From Mustelus asterias (Eukaryota): a stretch of 64,000 nt of DNA. The stretch is from assembly GCF_964213995.1 (NCBI RefSeq), contig NW_027590140.1, forward strand, positions 372,001-436,000. Reading direction: 5' to 3'. Position numbers and translations under genes: made by a program. Below the pieces are notes generated by a model. The model saw only the letters and a list, made by a program, of their open reading frames with translations, was not told the origin of the DNA and searched no databases. Positions 23,420 to 34,551 of this stretch are shown here, piece by piece. Within the stretch, counting starts at the first letter, position 1. The number at the start of each line of letters is the position of its first letter.

Positions 23420-23975
23420 AAAAGGTAAGTGTCGATATTGAGCAGAGAATAGATGCGTTTGTGCAAGGAATGCATAAGCTGGGATGTCGGTGCAGGCAAT
23501 GATTGGAAGGAAAATTGCATTTCGGTCTTTACTAACGGCAGACTGGAGTCCAAGTATAACGAAGTGTTGCTGAAGTTGCACAAGGTTTTGTTGAGACCAC
23601 GTGTTGAATATTCTGTGCAGATATGATATTCACATTTAATAAAGGATATGTTTGCATTGGAAACGGTGCAGATAAGGTTCAGCAGATGATCCCTGGGATG
23701 ATGGAGTTGTCGTATGATGAGAGGCTGAGGAAATTGGGCTGGAAGTCTCTGGAGTTTGGAAGAATGAGAGGCGATTTCATTAAACCTACAAAAGTCTGAT
23801 TGGGTTTGACAGGGTGGAGGCTGAGAGAGTTCTTCTGCTTGTCCGGAAATCTAACCCACGGCAGTTCAGTCTCAGGAAAATGGGCTGATCATTTCGGCCT
23901 AAGAAAAGGCGAAATTACTTCACTGAAATGGTTGTGAATCTTTGAAATTCTCTATGCCAGACAGTTATGGAAGCT
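23420..23975 (+). mobile_element. Old CR1 ORF2 3' fragment (paralogs 42920-43560, 57080-57760)
   Basis: Degenerate LRPHVEYSVQ/RGD motifs. Confidence 0.7.
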
Positions 23976-24438
23976 TTTTTATTAACGTTCAGAGGCTTAT
24001 TAATGATAAAAGTGCCTGTCACTCACTTTGAGTGAATAATTAACAAGCTATTTTATTCAAATAGCCAAGAGCTTTAAGTAAACAAGTAACATGTTAATTA
24101 AGGTACGGTTCGACTGAAATGCAGTTCAAATAATACTAGGAACATTCATTAACAAAAAAACTGTAATAACAGAATTTCAGTCACTCTCAAAGAAATTATA
24201 CAAACAGCCTCGATGGGATTCAGAAGATTTTGGAGTTCTTCAGTAACTGTGCGGTGTCTGTAAGGTCTTTCTAACTCCGCATCCTTCTGTTAGATAGTTT
24301 TCTTAAGCGAATTTTAATCTGTCAGGGGTGGAGAGCTGCTGTAGAGGAAAATGTTTTTTTGACTGGCTGCCCTGGCCTCTGGAGATGGTCACGCAAGATA
24401 TTATCGAGTGATGACTGTTCCTCTGGCCTTTTCTTACC

Positions 24439-26540
24439 TGATGTGGAGATGCCGGCGTTGGACTGAGGTAAACACACTCAGAGTTTTAACAACACCAGGT
24501 TAAAGTCCAACAGGTTTATTTGGTAGCAAATGCCATTAGCTTTCAGAGCGCTGCAGCTTCGTCAGATGGAGTGGATATCTGCTCGCAAACAAGGCACACA
24601 GAGATAGAAAATCAAGTCACAGAATACTGATTAGAATGCCAATCCTTACAACCAACCTAGTCTCAAAGATACAGACAATGTGAGTGGAGGGAGCATTAGG
24701 CACAGGGTAAAGAAATGTATATTGTCTCCAGACAGGAGAGCCAGTGAGATTCTGCAAGTCCAGGAGGCAAGCTGTGGGGGTTAGCGAAAGTGTGACATGA
24801 ATCCAATATCCCTGTTGAGGCCGTCCTCATGTGTGCGGAACTTGGCTATCCATTTCTGCTCAGCGACTCTGCACTGTCGTGTTGGCCGCCTTGGAGAACG
24901 CTTACCCGGAGATCAGAGGCTGAATGCCCGTGACTGCTGAAGAGAACAGTCTTGCCTGGTGATTGTCGAGCGGTGTTCATTCATCCATTGTCGCAGTATC
25001 TGCATGGTTTCCCCAATGTACCATGCCTCGGGACAGCCTTTCCTGCAGCGTATCAGGTAGACAACGTTGGCCGAGTTGCAAGAGTAGGAACCGTGTAGCT
25101 GGTAGATGGTGTTCTCACGTGAGATGATGGCATCCGTGTCGATGATCCGGCACGTCTTGCAGAGGTTGCTGTGGCAGGGTTGTGTGGTGTCATGGTCCCT
25201 GTTCTCCAGAAGGTTGGGTAGTTTGCTGCGGACAATAGTCTGATTTAGGTTGTGTGGTTGTTTGAAGGCAAGAAGTGGGGGTGTGGGGATGGCCTTGGCG
25301 AGATGTTCATCTTCATCAATGAGATGTTGAAGGCTCCGGAGGAGATGCCGTAGCTTCTCCGCTCCGGGGAAGTACTGGGCGACGAAGGGTACTCTGTCCA
25401 CTGTGTCCCGTGTTTGTCTTCTGAAAAGGTCGGTGCGGTTTTTCGCTGTGGCGCGTCGGAACTGTCGATCGATGAGCCGAGCGCCATATCCTGTTCTTAT
25501 GAAGGCATCTTTCAGCGTCTGGAGGTGTCTGCTGCGATCCTCCTCATCAGAGCAGATCCTGTGTGTGTGGAGGGCTTGTCCGTATGGGATGGCTTCTTTA
25601 ACGTGTTTAGCGTGGAAGCTGGAGAAGTGGAGCATTGTGAGGTTATCCGTGGGCTGGCGGTATAGTGAGGTGCTGAGGCGAGCGTCCTTAATGGAGATGC
25701 GTGTGTCCAAGAATGCAACCAATTCCGGAGAGTAGTCTATAGTGAGTCTGATGGTGGGATGGAACTTATTGATGTCATCATACAGTTGTTTCAGTGATTG
25801 TTCACCACGAGTCCAAAGGAAGAAAATGTCATCGATGTATCTAGTGTATAGCATCGATTGAAGGCCCTGTGCAGTGAAGTCGTCTTGGTGGAAGCTGTGC
25901 ATGAAGAGGTTGGCATATTGAGGTGCGAATTTGGTCCCCATGGCTGTTCCGTATGTCTGGATGAAGAACTGGTTGTTGAAGGTGAAGACAATGTGGTCCA
26001 GGATGAAGCGGATGAGTTGTAAAATTGCATCTGGAAACTGGCAGTTGTCGGCGTTGAGCACTGAGGCCGTTGCAGCAATGCCATCGTCGTGGGGGATGCT
26101 GGTGGTAGAGCGCCGAGACATCCATTGTGACGAGGAGTGCTCCTGGTTCAACTGTTCCATGTGTGTTGAGTTTCTGTAGGAAGTCCGTAGTGTCGCGACA
26201 AAAGCTGGGGGTTCTTTGTACCATGGGTTTCAGGGTGCCCTCGACATAGCCGGAGAGGTTCTCGCACAGCGTCCCATTGCCCGATACGATGGGACGGCCG
26301 GGTGTGTTTCCCTTGTGTATCTTTGGGAGGCAGTAGTGATCTCCAACGCGGGGAGTACGTGGGCTGAGAGCACGGAGGGTGCTCTGAAGGTCCGGATCAA
26401 GGGTTTTGATCGGAGTGCTGAGTTGACGGGTGTGTTCTTTGGTCTGATCTGTGGGTAACTGTCTGTAGTGTTCCTCGTTGTTCAGTTGTCGGTACACTTC
26501 TTTGCAGTAATCCGTTCTGTTCAGTATGACAATGGCCTCT
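24439..26540 (-). mobile_element. Penelope-like element: RT + GIY-YIG, 5'-truncated, frameshifted, with 3' pLTR
   Basis: ORFs 25841-26497 (YCLPKIHK..PGRPIVS, TMDVSALY) and 24913-26160 (GTAMG, RYIDDIF, NVVYLIRC...YIGET). Confidence 0.93.
24533..24569 (-). ncRNA. Minimal hammerhead ribozyme motif in Penelope pLTR
   Basis: CCAT-CTGACGA-(stem II, mutated)-GAAA-GC-TA-ATGG; stem I CCAT/ATGG. Confidence 0.65.
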
Positions 26541-26634
26541 GAGTGCGGAATTGTCTCCTCAACTCAGTCCTAAATGGTTGACACACCATCCGGATAATGT
26601 GAGCCCAGTTCAAAGCACTCCAGACTCCAGCAAG

Positions 26635-26720
26635 AGGCGGGGGAGGAGTGGGGGTGGGGGTTGGACGGGGTGCTGCGGGGGCCGAGGGGGGGAGGGGCGG
26701 CGGCGGGGAGAGGGTCGGTG
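26635..26720. repeat. G-rich low-complexity tract (G4-capable)
   Basis: Multiple runs of 4 or more G. Confidence 0.8.
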
Positions 26721-27266
26721 GAAACAAGCTCTCAGCATGTACATTGTCAAACAGTCTCGCCGTTCCAGACTTTTCAATGGGATAACATTTCATTATTCCA
26801 AACCCCAGGGAGAACAAGGCAACAGCAATGAATCTCTCCTCCAAGGGCAACTGCCTCATCACAACAATCAATCCAGTGAATCTTGGTTACACAAACAGCG
26901 CGAGAATAGAGGGAAATAAGAGCAAAGTATGGAAAGTTGACAGAGGCACAAAGGGAGACTCAGACAGTGAAAGAGACTGATGTCGATATACAGAAACAAA
27001 GAGACAGATATAGACAGTGAGTGGGGGAGTCAGCCACATCCAATGAATGAATAACAATGTAGACAAAGCCAGCGGCCGGAGTCCAGAAGCATTGGGTCGT
27101 TGAATCGTTGACTCGGGACAAAGAGAATGTTCAACAGCATAGTCAACTTTTGAAAACATCTCGAATTCCTTGAGAGGCAGTTTCCCAAACCGGACCGTGA
27201 GTAAACTCACCCTGCCCTGTCCACGGCAAAGAAATGAGCAAGACTTCGCCATTGCGAACAACAACG

Positions 27267-27356
27267 GGGCTTGTCTGGGATTTGAACCCAGGGCCTCTCC
27301 CAAACTTGCAAATCATAACACACAAAGCGAGAATCATGTCCCTAGACCAACGAGCC
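27267..27356 (-). tRNA. Intron-containing tRNA-Pro body, anticodon reads TGT (probable pseudogene)
   Basis: GGCTCGTTGGTCTAGGGACATGATTCTCGCTT-TGT-G[TGTTATGATTTGCAAGTT]TGGGAGAGGCCCTGGGTTCAAATCCCAGACAAGCCC. Confidence 0.8.
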
Positions 27357-28467
27357 ACTGCTGCAAGATCGGCCCCAAGACAGATATTATATTTCCATAT
27401 CAATCTGATCTGACAACTGCAGTGCAAGTGGGAAAAACTCAGGAAGCCAGGCAGCATGTGCACACAGGGAAAGGAATCTCCTCTTACACCTTCATAACTT
27501 TTCTTTTCAACTGGTAAAGGTAGGAAATGTAGGAAGTTTTAAACAAGTGAAATCCAGGAGGTAGAAAGCATAACAACAGGAAAGGGCTCTGATAGGGTAC
27601 AATTCAGGAGTGATAAATGAACAAGTACTGTGTTGTCCATGGCCTGAGAGTGAGGAAAGCAGAGTATCACAGAATGTTTGCACCGCAGCATGAGACCATT
27701 CACAAGATCTTTGAAGCAGTCGCGTGTCCTGTGGATAATAGGGAGCCGTTGGGTGTACTGTACAGTGATTACACAGGAGCTGCAGTGATGAGGTTGGTGG
27801 ATTTTGGAAATTGAGAGGAACACATGAGCAGCTTGTGTGACTATTTCACCTCATTGCCGCTTTTATACGGCAGCGAAAAGTAATCGTTGTTGCCACTGGA
27901 TGAAGGACTAACTTATGTTCAACCTGAACAGAACATTTTGAAAGAGAGACTTGCCTCTGGTGGAAATAGATCTGAGATGAAAATAATGAAATATAAAATG
28001 AAGTAAATTAGATTAAACATCCAACGTATTAGAAATATTGGGACGTCCAACCTATTAGAAATATTGGGTTTACAGTAAGTGACATGAACTGATGCTGTGA
28101 TCGCAGATATAGAACTGGGACCACCATCACACCGAGTGAATCCGCTGTCTGTTTAAATGTTGATCAATGAAAACTTTTAATTATATTGCACAATGGAACA
28201 TACGGGAACTCAGTCAATAAGCACCTTTCACTCACAAATAACAGAAAAGGTCAATTTCATCTCGCAACTTTCAGCCTTTTGCCATCTTCTGTACATTTAC
28301 CATGAAGATTTATAAAGTAAGTGAATAGAGTTTGTGATGGTGAAAAAAAAAACGCGTTCACACCCTTGGGATACGGAAGCACAGTGACGCACACAGAGGA
28401 GCAAACATAAGTATAGACCACGCGAGACAGAGGACTAACGAGCGACAAAACGGGAGCGGAGCAGAAA

Positions 28468-28539
28468 GGGAATATAGCTTCGGGATAGAGCATTTGACTG
28501 CAGGTCACGACGTTTCTGCATTCAAATCGAATGCCTGCT
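28468..28539 (+). pseudogene. tRNA-Cys pseudogene
   Basis: TATAGCT...TAGAGCATTTGACTGCAG; 3' half decayed. Confidence 0.65.
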
Positions 28540-28931
28540 TCCGCGCTTAATTGCTTTTTTTTCAATTAAAACTGCCCTTCATTGACTGGAAAGTGCTTTG
28601 TGACGTCTGCAGGTCGGGATAGGTTCTATATAAATGCAATTATTTCATGATCTTCATTCCAAGTCCTCTGTTACTGAGCCCAGTCAGTGGGAACAGTCTG
28701 TCCCTCCCTGCTCTTTCAAACGGCCCTTTTCCATGTTAGGAGAAGGGATTAACCATTACACCACAACAACACTGTGGGGTAAAATAATAAAATATACATG
28801 TTTAGATTTGTAAACGATGCCATCATTTGGTCCTTCTGTGTCAGGTTTGGTGAAAATTGAATTGGCGTCTAACTTGCAGCCAACACGCTGTCACCCTGAT
28901 TTAGGATGCCTTGTAGGTTCCAGTTGTGTCA

Positions 28932-28948
28932 GTCTCTGTGGCGCAATT

Positions 28949-28981
<33 letters not shown>

Positions 28982-29005
28982 ATGGTTCGAGACCATCCAG
29001 GGACG
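28932..29005 (+). tRNA. tRNA-Asn(GTT), apparently intact
   Basis: Canonical body; T stem GATGG/CCATC fully paired; TTTT terminator follows. Confidence 0.92.
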
Positions 29006-31037
29006 GCGTTTTCAGTTTTTTTTCCACTCCATCTGCTTTCATTGTCTCTCGGTTTTTGAGTGTCACTGAGTCCTTGGGCAACATTTAAAAAAAAACTTAT
29101 CGTGTGTTTCTGCCTCTACTATTAGCCGACGTTAGTTTATTGAACATTTATCTCTGACATATTATTTGTAACAATTTATATATTTCAAAATTATTAAACT
29201 CAATAACTGAACTCGAAACTTTAACCTATGTTTGATCTTGGGTTTCCATTTTCCTGCCCATTCCTCTTCTTTCTCAGATAGATCAGGAATCTGTCTGTCC
29301 CAACCTGAAATGTGTTCATTGAGGGAAATACACAGCAAGTCGGCAAAGATCAGTGGAATGAGGACTGAGTTAAACTTTCACCAGAATGCTGCTTTTATAA
29401 TTGAAAAGTCCTGAGATTGAGAGCAGAGGGTTCACATTTGAGGCGTTTCAGTTCTTTGAGAGATGAATGCCTGCCGTGTTTTACAAGGTACGTTTTCACA
29501 GGATCAGTAATGATGAGGTTGGTGGGTTTTGGAAATTGAAAGTTACACGTGAACAGCTTGTGGGACTATTTCATTTATCATTGCCGTCTTGCCGTTTTAT
29601 GTTCTGATAAAACCTGTATTTATAATACAAGCATGAGATGGTGGAAATTCTCAGCAGGTTTGGCAGAATCTGTGCACACGCATCAAATTCTAAACACTTC
29701 CATGTGTCACCTGTGTTCCTGAAGTATACTGATCCTTGTGTTCAAAAAAAGTTGATAAAAACTTTTCAAAGCAGCTGCCCCATCTCTAAGTGTTATTAAA
29801 TATCAAGGAATCACATTATCTCACAGCCATGTGGCATTTACACTCCCCCAATGCTTGAATAATATTCTGCAACTGCATTCATGGAGAAAGAGATAAAATT
29901 CGGGACAAATGTTATTTTCTGAATCTTATGTTAGATCAATGACTCTGGCACATGGCTAAGGTTTGCAACCGAATTATATTTCAATAAAACAAGGATTTAA
30001 ATTGCAATCAGACTGCACGGTTTGATATTCTCGGCCGGTCACATTGGTCATGAGCAGAGTTTCTGGATTGTCGGAGTTAACATGTTCATTTCATATACGA
30101 TGAGTTCCCCGATTCAAAATAAGGTCGAAACATTATCGAAATTAATATTTTTTTGAATTTTCCCCGATTCTTGATCGCTGTTGCATATGAACTGGATTGG
30201 AGCAGACAAAATGTAAATTTGTTCTTTACCATTTATTGAAAAAGAATACCCTCAGCAAAGTCGCCGCTGGCATACTGTTGCTTTTCTGCTTCCACTGTCA
30301 CACTCACGATGCAGCTGATGCAGGCTAGATGGCTCAGCCATGGCAAATGAGTGATGTTCCGGTTCGACAATGGCAAAAGTGCCTCAGCAAGGTACTCTGG
30401 GCTTACATTTTCTGGTTAATGTTTCAGCCATTCATGACTGAGATATGGAGATATTTCTTCACTCCAAGGCTTGTGAATCTTTGGAATTATTTGACTTATT
30501 ATTGTCACATGTATTAGCATACAATAAAAAGCATTGTTTCTTGCGCGCTGTACAGACAAAGCATACCGTTCATAGAGAAGGAAACGAGAGAGTGCAGAGT
30601 GTAGTGTTACAGTCATAGCCGGGATGCTAGAAATTGAATTGAAGCATTGTGAGAGAGTTTAAAAGAGTTAGAATGAAGTTTTAGAAGCATAGAACGAGAG
30701 TAAAAGATAGAGTTAGAAGGTATGCTGGGCACAGCTTCCAAGAGTTCGCCTCGCTCGGACGCCATCTTGCATCAATTCTGTAGCGGCACAGAGGTTTGTG
30801 AATCTTCAGTTGATGAAGACTTTGAGGTGGAGAGTTGTGGGAATCTAAGTGAATGAAGGGCTGTTGGTATAAGCTGGGAAATTGGGATTGAGGCTGTGGA
30901 TCTGCCTTGATTCAGTCATGGAGGAGGCTCAATGGTTCATGTGACCCAATTCTACTCCATTGATGCTGTTCATTGGCAATACCAGATACGGCATCAATAG
31001 GTTCTGCTGGTACCATTGATGAGCTCAGGGCAGTAAT

Positions 31038-31237
31038 GATGTGGAGTTTCCGGCGCTGGACTGGGTTAGGCACAGTAAATAATCTCACAGCACCAGGTTA
31101 AAGTCCAACAGGTTCATTTGGTAGCACAAGCTTTCGGAGCACGCCCCTTCATCACGTGAGTCACCTGATTCGGACAGTGCTCCGAAAGTTCGTGCTACCA
31201 AATAAACCTGTTGGACTTTAACCTGGTGCTGTGAGAG
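31038..31237. mobile_element. Palindromic Penelope pLTR remnant (paralog of 12958)
   Basis: ~75-bp inverted arms CTCACAGCACCAGGTTAAAGTCCAACAGG... / ...CCTGTTGGACTTTAACCTGGTGCTGTGAG. Confidence 0.85.
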
Positions 31238-31408
31238 AACTGACTGGGCAGTGATAGTAGTTGAAGCGTGTGATCGAATCTCATCCAGTTCCTTAACTTT
31301 ATGAAATACCTTTGTTATCACACAAATTCCAACGGAACGCAAATGTAAATTATTGTTTGCAATTGATGGGTTTGTGGAACCAGTTTCCTTGAATCATTGC
31401 ATCGCAAT

Positions 31409-31480
31409 GTTTCTGTGGTGTAGTGGTTGTCACATTCGCCTTACACACGAAAGATCCCTGGTTTGATCGCGGCAGAAATA
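31409..31480 (+). pseudogene. tRNA-Val(TAC-reading) pseudogene
   Basis: Paralog of 13309; damaged anticodon stem and T arm. Confidence 0.7.
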
Positions 31481-31547
31481 CTTTCATCATAAACAGAAAA
31501 GGTTGGAAGGTCTAATGAGACATGACAGCATCTGTGGAGAGAGGAAA

Positions 31548-31588
31548 GAGCCAAATTTTCAAGTCTGGATGACCCTTCGTCAGAGCTC
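31548..31588 (-). ncRNA. Minimal hammerhead ribozyme motif, family 2
   Basis: GAGCT-CTGACGA-AGGGTC-ATCCA-GACTT-GAAA-AT-TT-GGCTC. Confidence 0.6.
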
Positions 31589-32649
31589 CGGACTCGAAAC
31601 GATGGCTCTATTCTCTCTCGACAGCTGCTGTCAGACCTGCTAAGATTTTCCAGCATTTTTCTATTTTTGTTTTAGGTTCCAGCATCCGCAGTATTTTGCC
31701 TTCACAAAAAAAAACAAAAGCTTTTAATTTCAGAGGGATTCGACTACTGGAATTATTTGCGCGTTTGTCACTAAACATGAACTGACCGACTGAGTATTCC
31801 TAGTATTTTCTGATTGTAAAGTGAGGAATCACTGAGCGAAAGGGAAAAAAAAGGATTTTTGTGATAGGGCACAAAGCAGGATGGATTACATGACACCATG
31901 AATGGTGGAAAAGACAACATCGAGGAAGTGATGGTGGAGCCTGGGTGGTCTAGTGGTTCAGAGTCAATGTTTCCATAGCTATGGCCCGGAATTGATGATA
32001 AACTGTTAACTAAACAGAGCACTTTGCTCAGCACGGACTGACTTTCTGGAGATGAAAGTATCTGAACATAAAGGAAGAAGGCATAATTTGCTTCAGTTGG
32101 TCATAAGATGTTAGAATGACTGTGTGACAATGTCAGTAGCAAAAGTGACTTGAAATGAAGCGGTGGAGACAGAGATGGTTATCAAAGAATTTCAAATCTC
32201 TAATATTAGCTTTCCTGGCATGCCGTGGTCAGGTTTCATCGCCATGTTCCACGTTGGAGTACCAGGCAAGTAGCGAATAACTTCTTATTTAACTCTTCAT
32301 TAAACGAAAGCACGCCTCACAGTGTCTGTTAAGGGAGAAACAAGATCAATCTTCAGCTGTATGAATTGTATTAGAGCCGGAAAAATCAGAGATGTAACAA
32401 TAACAAACTGTGAAGAAGAATGACACGGCAGACATTTATCACAAAAACAACTGACACACATGTCAAATTCTTCCTCTTTCAAGTCTCATCGATTGACTCC
32501 TTGTTCTCCACCTCGGATATTTCCACTTCCATCAAATATCACCCACCTGAAAATTCAATCTCTTCTTCGCTCCACTGATGATGATACACCAACTCCACGC
32601 TGGGCGCAGGAATTGGCTCCAATGCTCAGTGGTTGCATCAGTTGGACAG

Positions 32650-33363
32650 TTTAAAGTTTATTTATTAGTGCCACAATTAAGCTTACTTTAACACCGCAAT
32701 GAAGTTTCTGTGACAATTACGTCATCGGCAGAACCGGCACCTTCTCGGGTAAATTGACAGCTAATTTAGCATGGCCAATGGACCTAACCAGCACATCTTT
32801 CACTCTGTGGGAATAAGAAGGGGCACCCGCAGGAAACCCACGCAACACGGGGAAAGCATGCAGACTCTGCACAGACAGTAACCAATGCCGGGAATTGAAA
32901 CCGGGCCCCTGGCGCTGTGAGGCATCAGTGCCACCATGTTGCCCAGAAAGATCTTATCTTGTTCATAAACGGAGAAAGAGCAGACAATGTTTGTGAAGGT
33001 GACCTAGTTCATTTTTAATTGATTAGAAATGGATGTCGCTGCCGGCCAGCATTTATTGCCCATCCTGGTTGCCCTGGGACAGTTAGGATCAAACACTTTA
33101 CTGCAGCTCTGGAGTCAGTGTAGGCCAGGCCGGATAAGGGACGGCAGGTTTCCTTCCGTAAAGCACATTACCGAACTCAATGTTTGTTTTTCCGACAATC
33201 GACAATGGTTTCATGGTCATCAGTAGATTCTTAATTCCAGATAGTTTTTATTGAAAAACAATTCTACAACGTGCCGTGGCAGGATTCAAAAGCGGGGCCC
33301 CATAAAATTGGATGAGTTTCTGGATAAATAATCTCGCGATAATATCACCAGGCCATCGTCTTT
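32650..33363 (-). mobile_element. HE1 SINE + second SINE (paralogs of 14560-15257)
   Basis: Colinear with the unit A copies. Confidence 0.8.
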
Positions 33364-34023
33364 CCTAATATAAGCGTTTGTCTTGAGAGATTTGGGTGTG
33401 TTTGTACAAGGAACGCAGGAAGATAGCATGGTGGTGCAGCAAACAATAGGAAGGGAATAGCATTTTGGTTTTTATTGCCAACAGATTGCTGTAGAAGAAT
33501 AAAAACACCAATTTACATTTATACAGGGTTTTGTTGGGAGCAAGTGTGAAATATTCGGTGCAGTTCTGATATCGACAATGCTTTTTATTTTCGAAAAAGG
33601 CTACCCTTCCATCGGAGACGGTCCACTGGGTAGGTTCCTGTGATGAGAGAGTTCTCCTGGGATGAGAGGCTGTGTAAATTGTGCTGAAATTCCCTGGAGT
33701 TTAGAAGACTGAGAGACAATCTTATTGAACCTACAGAATACTGAGACATTGTTTCCCAGTCTCAGATGAGGACTCATCGGAGAACTGACACACAAACACA
33801 TCCAGCCAAGACTCTAATTCTTAACTTTAATTGCATATTTGAAATGAATATATATTATACCATGTGATATGGATGATATGAATATTCATTAAATAAATAA
33901 TGTTGACAACACCTGACAACAGTCGAGCGGCAACACTCGAGAAATATTTTTATTGTTGCCTCTGTTCACAAGCCGGAACTGCGCGACAATGAATGCTTAT
34001 GGGGAAAATAAAAGTACAACCAC

Positions 34024-34096
34024 CGCCTCTGGATGGTACTGAGCCACCAAACATTTGCTTAAAGTCGAACGCAATAACGAATTCCGCAATTAAGAC
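34024..34096 (-). pseudogene. tRNA-Asn pseudogene
   Basis: Paralog of 15915. Confidence 0.6.
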
Positions 34097-34479
34097 GAAG
34101 ACACTCTATATTAGGGTGTCAGCAAGTGCTGTTATATATCCAACCCCAATTTTCTTTTTTAAAAACATAGTCGAGAACTACAACATGACCACATCGTTTA
34201 CAATACTATGCAAACCCCTTTGACGACTTTACCCCCCACAGTGTTGCAGCGATTTAGGGGTTTCCCGCTTCTCCCAACATGGGAAAGGGCCGTTTGATAG
34301 AGCAGAAAGGGACAAACTGTTTCTATTGACGATTGTCAGTAACCAAAAATTGGGACTGAAGGTAATTTATGAAAGACAGAATTGTATTTATGCGACGCCT
34401 TTCCCGGTTGGTGGACGTCACAATGCGCTTTGCAGCCAAAGAAAGACAACCACAACTGAAACTAAGACAAAGACAAGGA

Positions 34480-34551
34480 CGGGGGCACTCGGAATTGAAC
34501 CGATGGCCGTTTGATCTGCAGTCAAATGCTCTACCACTGAGCTACACCCCC
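34480..34551 (-). tRNA. tRNA-Cys(GCA) variant (G73, T-stem mismatch)
   Basis: Paralog of 16375; discriminator base changed. Confidence 0.8.

Larger units (their letters stand above)
10711..28570 (+). repeat. Tandem tRNA-cluster unit A (~18 kb)
   Basis: Colinear with unit B from AACACTGTGGGGTAAAATA (10712 vs 28769 vs 43823). Confidence 0.92.
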
